NCBI RefSeq assembly: GCF_001194135.2
Contig: NC_068983.1
Span: forward strand, 38,009,742 to 38,057,434
Source of the DNA: Octopus bimaculoides
Taxonomy: Eukaryota
Reading direction: 5' to 3'
Length of the DNA stretch: 47,693 nucleotides
Shown here: in pieces, positions 23,251 to 36,127 of the stretch
Layout of the letters: every line of letters starts with the position of its first letter
Position numbering within the stretch: the stretch's first letter is position 1
Notes under the pieces: generated by a model
Database searches by the model: none
What the model was told of the DNA's origin: nothing
The model's input: the letters and a program-made list of their open reading frames with translations, nothing else
Made by a program: the position numbers and the translations under genes

Positions 23251-23504
23251 CTATTTATGTATCTTTATGTTATATAGCCAGCTAAATCTATGTTGTCCAT
23301 CTCTTCGTCCCTGCCTACCTATACAGCTACCTACAGTTCTATCAAGCTATTTGTCTATCTATTTATCTGTCCAACTGTCCACATTCACATGTGTCTGTGT
23401 GCGTATATGTTTATAAATATGCATATGAATATGTTTCTATTAGGCAGATGTTTGTGTGTGTGACTATATACACACACACACATGTCTTTCTCTCTTTCTC
23501 CCTT

Positions 23505-23547
<43 letters not shown>

Positions 23548-24496
23548 ATACATCTGTATTTGTACACATTTGTCCTTTTTGGAAAATTCTGCAATCAGGA
23601 AACAAGGCAATAGTCTATGACAAAGGATATAGACTAATGAGTTCTGTATTCTCTCCCTTCAAGAGGAACTCTCTAATCTGATGTGGCCAGTTGTTCTGAA
23701 TGCATATATTAACATATGTATTATCATTTTAATAATGTTGTGTGACCTTTTCCATCCTGCTCTCTTGGACGTGTTGTTGTTCAATTACTGTTTGTGTCTG
23801 CTATTGGTTTCTAATCTATATGAATTATTGATTCTCATTTCCTTTCACATTGCTGTTTCTAATGCAAGCTTCACTCCCCGTTTTGTATTTTTACCCATCT
23901 TTTACTAGAAATGAATATTAATATTCAGTTTTTTTTATTGTATTTTTGTCAGTTGATTTCTCTTCCTTTTGTCACCATGTTATTGCTGGAGTCATTCTTA
24001 GTATAACAATATTCCCTATGAACAAATAGCATTTAATGAGGACTAATCATTTCCTCTTGAAGTTAACTCAGTGGTGGTCACATCATGGTATTCTGTTGAC
24101 CAAATCTAAATAATCATTCATATATGTGTGTGTGTATAAGTATGTAAAGTCATAGTTAATATGTTTGTGTGTATTCAGTCATGGAAAGACAGTATGCTTC
24201 ACAAGTTGTCTCCAGAGAAGAAATTCTCTTTATAGATAGTATAGCTGTAAATACTAGCCCTGAATGATGTCACTAGACTCTAGGATACGTGTATTTCTGT
24301 GTTATTGCGCTTCATCATTGCCTTGAGACAACTTCTGCTGTGTATTGTCTTTCTATGTCCACGAACATGGAACATGGACCTGATAAATATATTCCATTCA
24401 ATGCTACTTAGTGTGTACCTAATTAATAAGAATGACAGTGATTGCACAGCTATAAATAACTTGACTAGCATGTTGCCCAAGAGAAGCAGTAATGAT

Positions 24497-24700
24497 TTAC
24501 TCTTTTACCTGTTTCAGTCATTTGATTGCGGCCATGCTGGAGCACCACCTTTAGTCAAGCAAATCGACCCCGGGACTTATTTTTTGTAAGCCTAGTACTC
24601 ATTCTATCGGTCTCTTTTGCCGAACCGCTAAGTGACGGGGACATGAGCACACCAGCATCGGTTGTCAAGCAACGCTAGGGGGACAAACACAGACACACAA

Positions 24701-24732
<32 letters not shown>

Positions 24733-24912
24733 GTATATATACATATATACGACGGGCTTCTTTCAGTTTCCGTCTACCAAATCCACTCACAAGGCTTTGG
24801 TCGACCCGAGGCTATAGTAGAAGACATTTGCGCAAGATGCCACGCAGTGGGACTGAACCTGGAACCATGTGGTTGGTAAGCAAGCTACTTACCACACAGC
24901 CACTCCTGCGCC
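24497..24912 (-). mobile_element. SINE family A, full length and young (CpGs retained)
   Basis: Complete head, CORE-like segment, microsatellite core and 3' end. Confidence 0.95.
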
Positions 24913-25027
24913 TATTACTCCGCATAATATTGAAACAAATCTGATTCTTTGAGTTTCTCAGAGATGCAGTTGAAATCCTTTATCTTTGTGGTTGAGAGTA
25001 TGAGTAAATCGTCAGTTTTTTTTTAAT

Positions 25028-25345
25028 CATGTTTTCAGTCATTTGGACTGTGGCCATGCTGGTGCACCACCTTGAAGAGTTTAGTCAAACAAATTAAACC
25101 CAATACTTACTTACCCACAAAGCTGCAAGACTGTAAACAGATACCAGTTGTCAAGCAGTGGGGTGGGGGCAACAAATACAAGCACACACACACACACCCG
25201 ACAAGCTTCCACACAGTTTCTGTCTATGCAATTCACTAACAAGGCATCAGTCAGCTCAGGGCTATAAGACACTTGCTCAAAGTGCTGAGCAATAGAACTG
25301 AACTCGTGACCACATGGTTATAAAGCAAGCATCTTAACCATTCAA
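25028..25345 (-). mobile_element. SINE family A, old copy
   Basis: Colinear but diverged. Confidence 0.7.
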
Positions 25346-25625
25346 GCCTTTACCTCCACATGAACATAAACAGATTCTGTGCGTCAGGGCCTGGGTCTTT
25401 CAGCATCCTGTTTTTTGTTTTTGTTTTCTTTTTCTTTTTGTTAAAATCCCAGTTTTCATTCAGAAAAGTGCATGAGCATGTTGATTTATAAATTTTATAA
25501 AATGTTTTGCATTTTCTTGTTGGTACTATTTATATTCACTGAAAACAGGTGGAAAAACAAGATAAAATTTTACAGGATGGCTGGGTAGAATGATTTCATT
25601 TCATAGTTTATCTGTGTGCTTATAA

Positions 25626-25683
<58 letters not shown>

Positions 25684-25738
25684 ATGTATATCTATGTATT
25701 TATAAATATGTGCATACACACACACATACACACACACA

Positions 25739-26437
25739 NNNNNNNNNNNNNNNNNNNNNNNNNNNNNNNNNNNNNNNNNNNNNNNNNNNNNNNNNNNNNN
25801 NNNNNNNNNNNNNNNNNNNNNNNNNNNNNNNNNNNNNNNNNNNNNNNNNNNNNNNNNNNNNNNNNNNNNNNNNNNNNNNNNNNNNNNNNNNNNNNNNNNN
25901 NNNNNNNNNNNNNNNNNNNNNNNNNNNNNNNNNNNNNNNNNNNNNNNNNNNNNNNNNNNNNNNNNNNNNNNNNNNNNNNNNNNNNNNNNNNNNNNNNNNN
26001 NNNNNNNNNNNNNNNNNNNNNNNNNNNNNNNNNNNNNNNNNNNNNNNNNNNNNNNNNNNNNNNNNNNNNNNNNNNNNNNNNNNNNNNNNNNNNNNNNNNN
26101 NNNNNNNNNNNNNNNNNNNNNNNNNNNNNNNNNNNNNNNNNNNNNNNNNNNNNNNNNNNNNNNNNNNNNNNNNNNNNNNNNNNNNNNNNNNNNNNNNNNN
26201 NNNNNNNNNNNNNNNNNNNNNNNNNNNNNNNNNNNNNNNNNNNNNNNNNNNNNNNNNNNNNNNNNNNNNNNNNNNNNNNNNNNNNNNNNNNNNNNNNNNN
26301 NNNNNNNNNNNNNNNNNNNNNNNNNNNNNNNNNNNNNNNNNNNNNNNNNNNNNNNNNNNNNNNNNNNNNNNNNNNNNNNNNNNNNNNNNNNNNNNNNNNN
26401 NNNNNNNNNNNNNNNNNNNNNNNNNNNNNNNNNNNNN
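25739..26437. other. Assembly gap
   Basis: Run of N. Confidence 1.
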
Positions 26438-26537
26438 ACTCTGCTGGAAAAATTACTCAGCAGACCATTTTTGGCTCTTTACATTCTAAGTTCGAATGCC
26501 ATTGAGATTGACTTTGCCTTTTCATTCTTTCATGATC

Positions 26538-26754
26538 AAGGCGGTGAGCTGGCAGAAACGTTAGCATGCCGGGCGAAATGCTTGGCGGTATTTTATCTGT
26601 CTTTACATTCTGAGTTCAAATTCCACCGAGGTTGACTTTGCCTTTCAATCTTTCGGGGACGATAAATTAAATATCAGTTGCATACTGGGGGCGATCTAAT
26701 CGACTGCCCCCCTCCCACAAAATTTCAGGCCTTGTGCCTAGAGTAGAAAAGAAC
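26538..26754 (+). mobile_element. SINE family B, full length (B2 3' end)
   Basis: AAGGCGGTGAGCTGGCAGAAACG ... GTAGAAAAGAA. Confidence 0.9.
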
Positions 26755-28397
26755 ATATATTTCTACTTTCAGATGATGATGATAATAGATGCAATACCAG
26801 TTTCTGGCTCTCATGGCTTCTAGTAGAGGAGCATCATAGCCATATGTTCAGAAGAATTCCTTGGGGTTTGAATAATTCACCTCTGGAAGATTGGGTTTCA
26901 TTCAACATCATTAAACAAACCTTATTCAGAGACCTTTTGAGTGGCATGGGCTACTCAACCTGCAGAAAATTCTAACTGGGCCCCACCTGCAAGGTCATGT
27001 GCTATTTATCTTGATACAAGATCACCATGTCGTGCACATATGATTGTGATGCATGTGCCTGGTGTATCCTTATCAGACGGGTAGTCATGATGGGTATACT
27101 GGGCTTCGTATATTTGTTCCCCTGTCACTTTGATGGCATGCACTGCCCTCTCTTTCAAAAACAATGATAATAAAGTTTATTAAAAGATTTAAGTAAGCTC
27201 ATGGAAACAGGTGAGGGTTGGTGACTGGAAGGGCCTCCGACCCATGCAAGCATGGAAACTTGGGTGTTTAATGATGATGGTGATATCCTATGTGTTTTTC
27301 CTGTAACAATTTTTGGATTAACTTGTCTGGAATACCCTCAAAGAAGGTCTGAGTGGTCATAGTTGTCCTGGGGCTAAACAGCAACTCTACATCTTTGAAT
27401 AGATATTCTTTTCTCCCTGCTTGACAGCGAAACTTTTCTTTTTTATTTAATAAAATCTCAATCTTTTTCTCTTCTTTTTAACTTAAATCCCCACTGAATC
27501 ACACTAAACTCCTAACATACCACTCAATCACATAACCAACCAGCCCCGCAAACCCCTATTTCTATCAAATGTGTGTTTTATCCCTTTACAAAGTAAATAA
27601 TTATTTGCAAGTAATTGTACTGAAGCATAAGCAACCCTACACCCTTAACTACTATGCCACTTCTTTATGATATTCCAAAACAGGATGTTTATATTCTTGG
27701 ACTTAAATATTCTGATTAAATGGAATTGTGATTAATGTAGATTATTAATGGAATCAAATGTTCCTGGAATTGTTATATGTATTTTTGTATTCAGTCATTT
27801 ATTTGTTTAGATCCTTTTGTTAGTATATATGGAGTCAGCAAGGTTCTAAATAAATATTGCGTCCATTACATATAAGGTTTCTCTGTTCAGTTCATCTGCC
27901 TCCCCTCCCACCACCACCACCACCACCATTTCTGCCTGCCAATCACATTTTGACAACCAAATGAATCTTGCCCTATCTCCTTTCATACAGATTGTCCTGT
28001 CAAACATGTCTTTTTGTTTGTTTGTCTCTCCTCTTTGCCGTTTGTATTTTTATATTTTTCTAATATCTTGCATGACCCCATCATAGCTAAGAGCCCCTGG
28101 TCACTTCTGATTTAAATATGTGATGCAAGACTTACTATAACCTTTTAACCGAGAAGAGAATGAACATTTCTTCTTCCTTATTCTTTTTCTTCTTCCTATT
28201 TACATTATCTCATTTCATTTCCCTTTTTATTTAAGGATTTTCCATTCCATATTTTTTCCCTCTTCTCCAGTTATATTTCATGACGTTTTTCTTCTAGCAC
28301 ACCCTCCCCCCCAAATGCACACATGCCCACACTCTCTTCCCCTCTTCTCTGCATGGACCAATTTCCTTCCTTGCAGCTAAACCAATTTTATATTTAT

Positions 28398-29171
28398 NNN
28401 NNNNNNNNNNNNNNNNNNNNNNNNNNNNNNNNNNNNNNNNNNNNNNNNNNNNNNNNNNNNNNNNNNNNNNNNNNNNNNNNNNNNNNNNNNNNNNNNNNNN
28501 NNNNNNNNNNNNNNNNNNNNNNNNNNNNNNNNNNNNNNNNNNNNNNNNNNNNNNNNNNNNNNNNNNNNNNNNNNNNNNNNNNNNNNNNNNNNNNNNNNNN
28601 NNNNNNNNNNNNNNNNNNNNNNNNNNNNNNNNNNNNNNNNNNNNNNNNNNNNNNNNNNNNNNNNNNNNNNNNNNNNNNNNNNNNNNNNNNNNNNNNNNNN
28701 NNNNNNNNNNNNNNNNNNNNNNNNNNNNNNNNNNNNNNNNNNNNNNNNNNNNNNNNNNNNNNNNNNNNNNNNNNNNNNNNNNNNNNNNNNNNNNNNNNNN
28801 NNNNNNNNNNNNNNNNNNNNNNNNNNNNNNNNNNNNNNNNNNNNNNNNNNNNNNNNNNNNNNNNNNNNNNNNNNNNNNNNNNNNNNNNNNNNNNNNNNNN
28901 NNNNNNNNNNNNNNNNNNNNNNNNNNNNNNNNNNNNNNNNNNNNNNNNNNNNNNNNNNNNNNNNNNNNNNNNNNNNNNNNNNNNNNNNNNNNNNNNNNNN
29001 NNNNNNNNNNNNNNNNNNNNNNNNNNNNNNNNNNNNNNNNNNNNNNNNNNNNNNNNNNNNNNNNNNNNNNNNNNNNNNNNNNNNNNNNNNNNNNNNNNNN
29101 NNNNNNNNNNNNNNNNNNNNNNNNNNNNNNNNNNNNNNNNNNNNNNNNNNNNNNNNNNNNNNNNNNNNNNN
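28398..29171. other. Assembly gap
   Basis: Run of N. Confidence 1.
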
Positions 29172-29285
29172 AAGAGATACCTCCATGCTAGATATAGCAG
29201 CCAAAACTTGACTCTAATGTATGAGCATTTAATGTGGTTTTAGAGTCAAGTTTTGGCTGCTATATCTAGCATGGAGGTATCTCTT
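29172..29285. repeat. Perfect inverted repeat, 46-bp arms, 22-nt loop
   Basis: 29172-29217 is the exact reverse complement of 29240-29285. Confidence 0.95.
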
Positions 29286-29298
29286 AGATACCCTTAAT

Positions 29299-29332
<34 letters not shown>

Positions 29333-29422
29333 AAAGGGTGCTGACTTTACCGAACTACCTTGGCACCTCAGTTTAAGTACCTAATTCAAATGAATCTCAA
29401 TTATTTCTTTTATATATATGTA

Positions 29423-29720
29423 TAAGGTTGAGGAATAACCCATGAGAATTTTTTTCAAATCTACTTTAAGCAAAAAACTACAACAAATTAATCAATAATA
29501 TACTTTCCATTGTTGTTTACGACTTCCTCCCATCATTCAATAAGCTTTTTGATCCCTCGGTGATAGAAATCTACCAGTCTTGACTCAAAGAATTTGTCCA
29601 ACCAAGGCTTCAATTCCATGTCATTATTGAATGATACACCATGCAAAGCGTTTGAAAGAGGTGAAAATCTGATGACACCAAATCTGAAGAGTATAGAGGA
29701 TGAGGCGGCACTTCCCATTT
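29423..29720 (-). mobile_element. Mariner transposase C-terminal fragment with TIR
   Basis: WEVPPHPLYSSDL (YSPDL motif), then LSNALHGVSFNND...FYHRGIKKLIE*WEEVVNNNGKYIID*; TIR-like end at a TA. Confidence 0.85.
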
Positions 29721-29873
29721 AAGTTCTTGAGTCATGGCTTTGGTCATATTGGCGATGTGTAGATAGGTGTTGGTGTGTTGCAGAAGAACACCATTTCACC
29801 TATTCAGTCTTTTTTGCTGAATTGCTTCACTGAGTCTTCTTGTCAAGCACATCAATGCCAAAGGACTTGGTCA

Positions 29874-30044
29874 TTGCCTCCGTGAGGCCCTACCATGAAA
29901 GGAACTTGGTCACTTTGCCTCCATGAGGCCCAACACTTGACAGGAACTCAGCAACCTTGCCTCCGTGAGGCCCACTTGAAGGGAAATCAATCACCTTGCC
30001 TCCATGAGGCCCAACACTCGAAAGGAACTCAGCCACTTTGCCTC
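29874..30044 (-). repeat. Four tandem 39-42-bp units derived from the RTE ORF terminus
   Basis: Unit TTGCCTCCRTGAGGCCC...; its reverse complement matches 15719-15747. Confidence 0.8.
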
Positions 30045-30045
30045 T

Positions 30046-30596
30046 GTTTTAAATTTATCATTCATGATCTCATAGCTTCAAAATTTTGAGCATGTGATTG
30101 TGTATTTTTCGAATGATATTGAAGAGTACATGTGAGAGGCCAGATTTCGCTGGTCTGAATATAAAAGAGGTAGAATATTTGGGCCGGATTGTTGGCATTC
30201 CGTCGCTTACGACATCGAGGGTTCCAGTTGATCCGATCAACGGAACAACCTGCTCGTGAAATTAATGTGCAAGTGGCTGAGCACTCCACAGACACGTGTA
30301 CCCTTAACGGAATTCTCAGGGATATTCAGTGTGACAAGGCTGACCCTTTGAATTACAGGCACAATAGAAACAGGAAGTAAGAGTGAGAGTAAGTTGTGGT
30401 GAAAGAGTACAGCAGGGTTCGCCACCATCCCCTGCCGGAGCCTCGTGGAGCTTTAGGTGTTTCCGCTCAATAAACACTCACAACGCCCGGTCTGGGAATC
30501 GAAACCGCGATCCTACGACTGCGAGTCCGCTGCCCTAACCACTGGGCCATTGCACCTCCACTTGGAACGGATATGACTGATTTAAATGCTAAAGGG
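30046..30596. mobile_element. piggyBac-type MITE end interrupted by a SINE-C insertion
   Basis: Ends AAATGCTAAAGGG|TTAA at 30596-30600. Confidence 0.6.
30190..30561 (-). mobile_element. SINE family C, full length, with TSD
   Basis: TSD TTGGGCCGGAT (30179) and TTGGAACGGAT (30562). Confidence 0.95.
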
Positions 30597-30949
30597 TTAA
30601 GAGCATAAAATTATGGTAGGAGACTTTAATTTAAATACAAGCACTTTAAATGGAAACCAGGGACTGTCTTGAGCAGGTTAGTATCAAAAGGATTAAAGAA
30701 TTTATACTCAAAACTCCCCAGAAACATTTTATGCAATCAGAGACAGAAGATTTATGATTGTGAACAAATAAAGGAAATGGAACCAGATGTAAAAATCTCA
30801 TTGCTTTGGTTCTTTACACATTAATGAAGATGCAGCATAGGTAAGTTAAATGTAACAGAAAAGGCTGCCCAATAAAAAAATATGATTAATGACAACAAAA
30901 GCAGTATTTATACCAAAAGGTAATATTTATCTCCACTGAGGAGTGCCGT

Positions 30950-31581
30950 CTGACACCGCACCACCTGACTGTCTCCCTGTGCCGGTGGCATGTAAAAAGT
31001 ACCATCCAAACATGGTCGATGCTAGCCCCCTCACCGCGACTGGCTCCTGTGCTGGTGGCAGATAAAAAGCACCATCCAAATGTAGCTGATACCAGCTCTG
31101 CCTGACTGGCTTGTGTACTGGTGGCACATAAAAAACACCATCTGAATGTGGTTGATACTAGCCCCCTTGCCCCAACTGCCTCCTGTGTCGGTGGCATGTA
31201 AAAAACACCATCCGAACATGGCTGATGCCAGCACTGCCTGACTGGCACCTGTGCCGGTGGCATGTAAAAAGCACCATCCAAACATGGCCAATGTCAGCTC
31301 TGCCTGACTGGCTCCTGTACCGGTGGCATGTAAAAAGCATCCTCCGAATATGGTCAATGCCAGCCCCCTCACCCTGACTGGCTCTTTTGTCGGTGGCATG
31401 TAAAAAGCTCCCACTACACTCTCAGAGTGTTTGGCATTAGGAAGGGCATCCAGTTGTAGAAACATTGCCAGATCAGATTGGAGCCCGGTGTGGCCTCCTG
31501 GCTTGCCAGACCCCAGTCAAACCATCCAACTCATGCCAGCATGGAAAACGGACATTAAATGATGATGATGATGATGATGAT
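30950..31581 (+). mobile_element. RTE 3' UTR with six 66-70-bp minisatellite units and (GAT)n tail
   Basis: Core GGTGGCATGTAAAAAGCACCATCC repeated over 30978-31410. Confidence 0.85.
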
Positions 31582-31701
31582 GGCTTAAAAGTGAATTTTG
31601 TATTAGAACACAGAATACTGCAATATTTACCATGAGAGAACCTCTCAAATGGATTTGTGTTGCATATAAGTGCTCATGTCTATAAGCACGCATGTCTATA
31701 C

Positions 31702-31811
31702 CGCCAGCAGGAGATAATCGTCTGCTATTGCCACCAAGACTGCACTTAACACCAGCAGATGGTGCACTAAAATATATGCATCATAAACAGCATGATCTTT
31801 GTAAATGGGTC
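31702..31811 (-). CDS. Weak candidate exon, PIYKDHAVYDAYILVHHLLVLSAVLVAIADDYLLLA
   Basis: Strong acceptor TTTTTTCTTCTTCCAG, open frame, moderate donor GCG|GTATAG. Confidence 0.2.
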
Positions 31812-31922
31812 CTGGAAGAAGAAAAAATACTAAATTATAATGAAATAATAATCTTAGCAGAGAATATGACAGTGAGGTATCTAAGTACAAAACAATTTTT
31901 CATCACCACCATCATCATTGTT

Positions 31923-31953
<31 letters not shown>

Positions 31954-32014
31954 TTGTCATCATCATCATTGGTCTGTTTTCCATGGATTGGATAGTTTAG
32001 GAATCTTTGTCATC

Positions 32015-32214
32015 TTTTATCTTTTACTTGTTTCAGTCATTAGACTGTGGCCATGCTGGGGCACAGCTTTAAAGAATTTTTAGTTGAATGAATCATCCCC
32101 TTATCTTTTTAAAACCTGATACTTATTCAATTTGTCTTTTGCCGAGCTGCTAAGTCATGGGGACATAAACAAACCAACACCAGTTGCAAAGCGGTTGTGG
32201 GACACAAAAACAGT

Positions 32215-32264
<50 letters not shown>

Positions 32265-32415
32265 ATGGGCTTCTTTCAGTTTTTGTCTATCAAAATCCAC
32301 TTACAAAGCTTTAGTTGGCCCAGGGCCACAATAAAAGACACTTGCCCAAAGAACCATGCAGTGGGACTGAACCTGGAACCATGTGGTTGGGAAGCAATCT
32401 TTTTTACCACCCCAC
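32015..32415 (-). mobile_element. SINE family A
   Basis: Colinear with 24497-24912. Confidence 0.8.
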
Positions 32416-32476
32416 ACAATCAGCACCTTTATAACTTATTTTCCCCCTCTACTCCTTCCACGATTCTCTGGTCAGT

Positions 32477-32698
32477 ATAATCTTTTCTACTCTGGGCACA
32501 AGGCCCAAAATGTTTGGGGATTGGGCCACTCGGTTAGATCAACACCAGTACACAACTGGTACTTAATTTATCGACCCCGAAAGGATGAAAGGCAAAGTCA
32601 ACTTCGGCAGAATTTGAACTCAGAGTGTATAAAGACAGACGAAATACTGCTAAGCATTTCGCCCAGTGTGCTGCCATTTTTGCCAGCTCCTCACCTTC
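32477..32698 (-). mobile_element. SINE family B
   Basis: Full central block and B box. Confidence 0.85.
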
Positions 32699-32747
32699 TC
32701 TGGTCAGTATAATGGTGTTGATAGGTCATGGAGAGGGTGTGTGGTTA

Positions 32748-32780
<33 letters not shown>

Positions 32781-32785
32781 ATGTG

Positions 32786-32841
<56 letters not shown>

Positions 32842-33129
32842 CACATACAGTATGTTTATCTTAACTGAAGCGATCTCTCTGTCAGTCTTTCTCTGTACCA
32901 ACTCACTCCCGCCATGCTCTATTATCTGGAACTGAAGGGTGTTAGCAGCTGTCAGCTTCATATAGAATGTCACTAAACATGACAGTCCATGTTTGTTATC
33001 TTAACCAAGTTGTTAACTCTCAATAGATGCATTTACCCTGTCCCTGCTCCTTGCATTGCCCTATCCCTGTGTTCCCTGCTCCCTACATCACCCCTGTCCC
33101 TGTGCTCCCTGCTTCCAAACACCGTGCAC

Positions 33130-33850
33130 TCCCTCCTACCAGCTTCTTCCCTATCTCCCTCTCACTCTCTCTGTCTCTGTCTCTCTCTCTCTGTCTCTCT
33201 CTCTCTGTCTCTCTCTCTCTGTCTCTCTCTCACCAATTCTGCATATTTTCAATTTATTATCCATTATATTTTTCACTTTCATTTTCATTCCCTTTCTGTC
33301 TGTCTGTCTCTTATTTGCTTCTCTCCACTCCTCTCTCTCTCTCTCTGTTGTCTCTTACCCCCTTTCTACCTTTGTCTCTCATCTCTCTCTCTCTCATCCT
33401 TTCTACCTCTGTCTGTCATATATCCGTCTGTCTGTCTGTTTTTGGTTCTTTTCCTTTCTACTTTTGTCTCTCATCTCTGTCTTTCACCCTTTCTACCTCT
33501 ATCTTTCATCTCTTTCTCTCCTTCTGTCTGTCTGTCTGTCTCTCTCTCTCTCACACTCTTTCTATTTTGTCTCTCATCCTTCTGTCCCTCATGCACCTCT
33601 TTCTCTCTTTGTCTTCTGCCATATTCTTTGTCACCCATTTTCCTCCCTTTGTCTCATCTCTCTCTTCCCAAAACACTTTCTCTTACTCCTCCTCTATCTT
33701 TGACTCTTCCTCTCTCTCAGCCTCTCTCACCCCCTCTCTGTCTGTAACTCACTCCCTTTCTTTGTTCTTCACGCCCTCCCTCTATCTCTCCTCCTCTCCC
33801 CTTGTCCCCTTCTTCTATCCTTTACCCCATCTTTTTCCCTCTCTGTATTA
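33130..33850. repeat. CT-rich polypyrimidine low-complexity block
   Basis: Degenerate (CT)n/(CTGT)n. Confidence 0.9.
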
Positions 33851-34345
33851 AAAAAAAAAACACCCCTCACCAACAAAAACCCTCGGCTTATTTAAACCCC
33901 AAAACTCAATGCCAAGTTAAATAATAATCTTCATGGAAATCTGAACTTGTTGAAATTTCCAGATAATGAGTTTGTTTTGATTTATCAACAAGTTTTTAAT
34001 GCCCCTTGTGTGTGTGTGTGTGTGTGTGTCGTGGTGGAAGTGGTGGAGGCTATCTCTTTCCCACCCTCCTATCATCGTGTCTTTATGTCAATTGTTTACT
34101 TTCCACTAGTTTTTTGATAGTTTTACTGCTTTAATTTCTCTTGTTAACTTGAAATTTGACATCTGCTTGTCACTGGATGTGGGTCTGTGGTGGAGATAGA
34201 GAGGCTGTGATGTAATGTAATTGCTGTAATATGGGCTTGGGTGCAAGCCTGAGTATTCTACCCAACCCAGCCCAGTATCTACCACCGCCTCCCTCCTAGT
34301 TTCATTTGACTGCTATTGGTTACCAATAACAGAATAAGAACAATA

Positions 34346-35113
34346 ATAATAATCCTTTGGGGGACGGGGCCCATCGATTAAATCAACCTCAGTACAAAAC
34401 TGGTACTTAATTTATTGACCCCGAAAGGATGAAAGGCAAAGTTGACCTTGGCGGAATTTGAACTCAGAACGTAGCGACAGGCAAAATACCGCTAAGCATT
34501 TCGCCCTGCGAGCTAATGATTCTGTCACCTCGCCACCTTTCTACAGCAACAATAATAATAGTTTCTTTTATTAGCCATAGGAACATAGACGAGGGGGGAC
34601 ATCACTAGGATTGACAACAATTTTTGTGGGGATTTATGTAAAGGATGCAGAGTAAAAAATGGAAAAGACAGTGAAATGCAATAAAAGTATACAGAGTATG
34701 TGATAACATGAATGATGTAGTTCCCCTGATATAGGTAAAACTCTAACTAGGGCCACTTAAGGAACCCCACAAATCTAGGATTACCGTTACCACCAAAGGT
34801 ACAAGCCCTCTCTCCTGTTCTTCAATCTACAGGTACATACTTAGTGTAGAACCATTCACGCTAATCATTTTTTGCCACAGTCACCCATTTAATAATAATA
34901 ATAATAATAATAATAATTTATTTCTTTATTGTCCACAGGGGGACATACGTAGAGTAGAGGGGACAAACAAGGACAGATGAAGGGATTAAGTTGATTACAT
35001 CGACCTCAGTGTGTAACTGGTACATATTTAATCGACCTTGAAAGGATGAAAGGCAAAGTTGACCTCGGCGGAATTTGAACTCAGAACGTAAAGACGACGA
35101 AATACTGCTAAGC

Positions 35114-35145
<32 letters not shown>

Positions 35146-35190
35146 TTCTTTTATAGGCCACAAGCACCCAGGACAGTGAGGACAATATTA
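34346..35190 (-). mobile_element. SINE-B copies (34346-34540, 34918-35115) and two truncated 3' ends, each abutting (TAA)n
   Basis: Direct alignment by eye to 2921-3153. Confidence 0.85.
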
Positions 35191-36127
35191 AAGGATGAAA
35201 TATGATACATAAAAAATGAGTTATGCATTCTATCAAAAGGAAAATCAACAATAATAAAAAGATATGGAAATCGAATTTTGAAAAACTTCAACAAGAAAAT
35301 CCTCCTCCTCCTCCTCCTCCTCATCATCATCATCATTACTGTTGTTGTTGTCATCGTCATCGTCATAACCATTTAACATCTGCTTTTCATACTGGTATTG
35401 GTTGGGTGGCTGAACAGGAGCTGGTGAGCGAGAGGACTGCCCTGAGCTCTGATGTTGCCTTTGGCATGGGTTTGTACAGCTGAATGTTTGTCCTTATGCC
35501 AACCACTTTGCAATGTGTACTGGTGCTTTAACTTTTTCCAGCATTAATTCACCAATTATTTTTTAGGTGCATAACTGTATCTGAATTATACAATATCTAA
35601 ACAATTGTAACTAATGTATAATCTTCTTTCATCCTCATTCTTATCTTTTAATACTTGACATTCATGCTGGTATGGGTTTGAACAGTTTGACAGGCTACAA
35701 CAAATTCAAGGACTGCATCATGCTTCAGTGTCTATTTTGGTATGGTTTCTACAGCTGGATGCTCTTCCTAATGTCAACTGTGCTTTTTTTCATTGCACCA
35801 CCAATGTTAAGGTCACCATGTAGCTTGTAACACTAAAATCTCCTTCAACTGAATGAGGCTACAGTTGAGAGAAAGGCAGCTTTATGCTCGGAGATAAGAG
35901 GTTAAAGTATGATTGAAGGGACCAGAACAGAACAGTTTTCTTGCTGTAGCAGAGTTGCATAGTTTCTTACATTATAGAAGAGTGAACAAAAATAACAGGA
36001 GAAAGGCAAATCTGATTATGGCTGGATTTCAACTGAGAACATAGTGGGGCATTATTTGCACAGAACCAAAGATTCTAAAAAAGGAAGCAGTCAATTAAAT
36101 TGATCTCTGTGGAAGAAGATCAATAGA

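Noticed and set aside
25668-29243. ORFs of 270-300 aa in the track (also 18901-19263)
   Set aside because: They consist almost entirely of N-gap.
30978-31410. CRISPR-like repeat-spacer appearance (also at 1776-2075)
   Set aside because: The spacers are mutually homologous, the arrays lie within an RTE 3' UTR, the context is eukaryotic, and there are no cas genes.
32989-33851. Leu/Ser-rich ORFs of 215-274 aa
   Set aside because: CT-rich low complexity lacks stop codons by composition. H-DNA potential is generic for such tracts.
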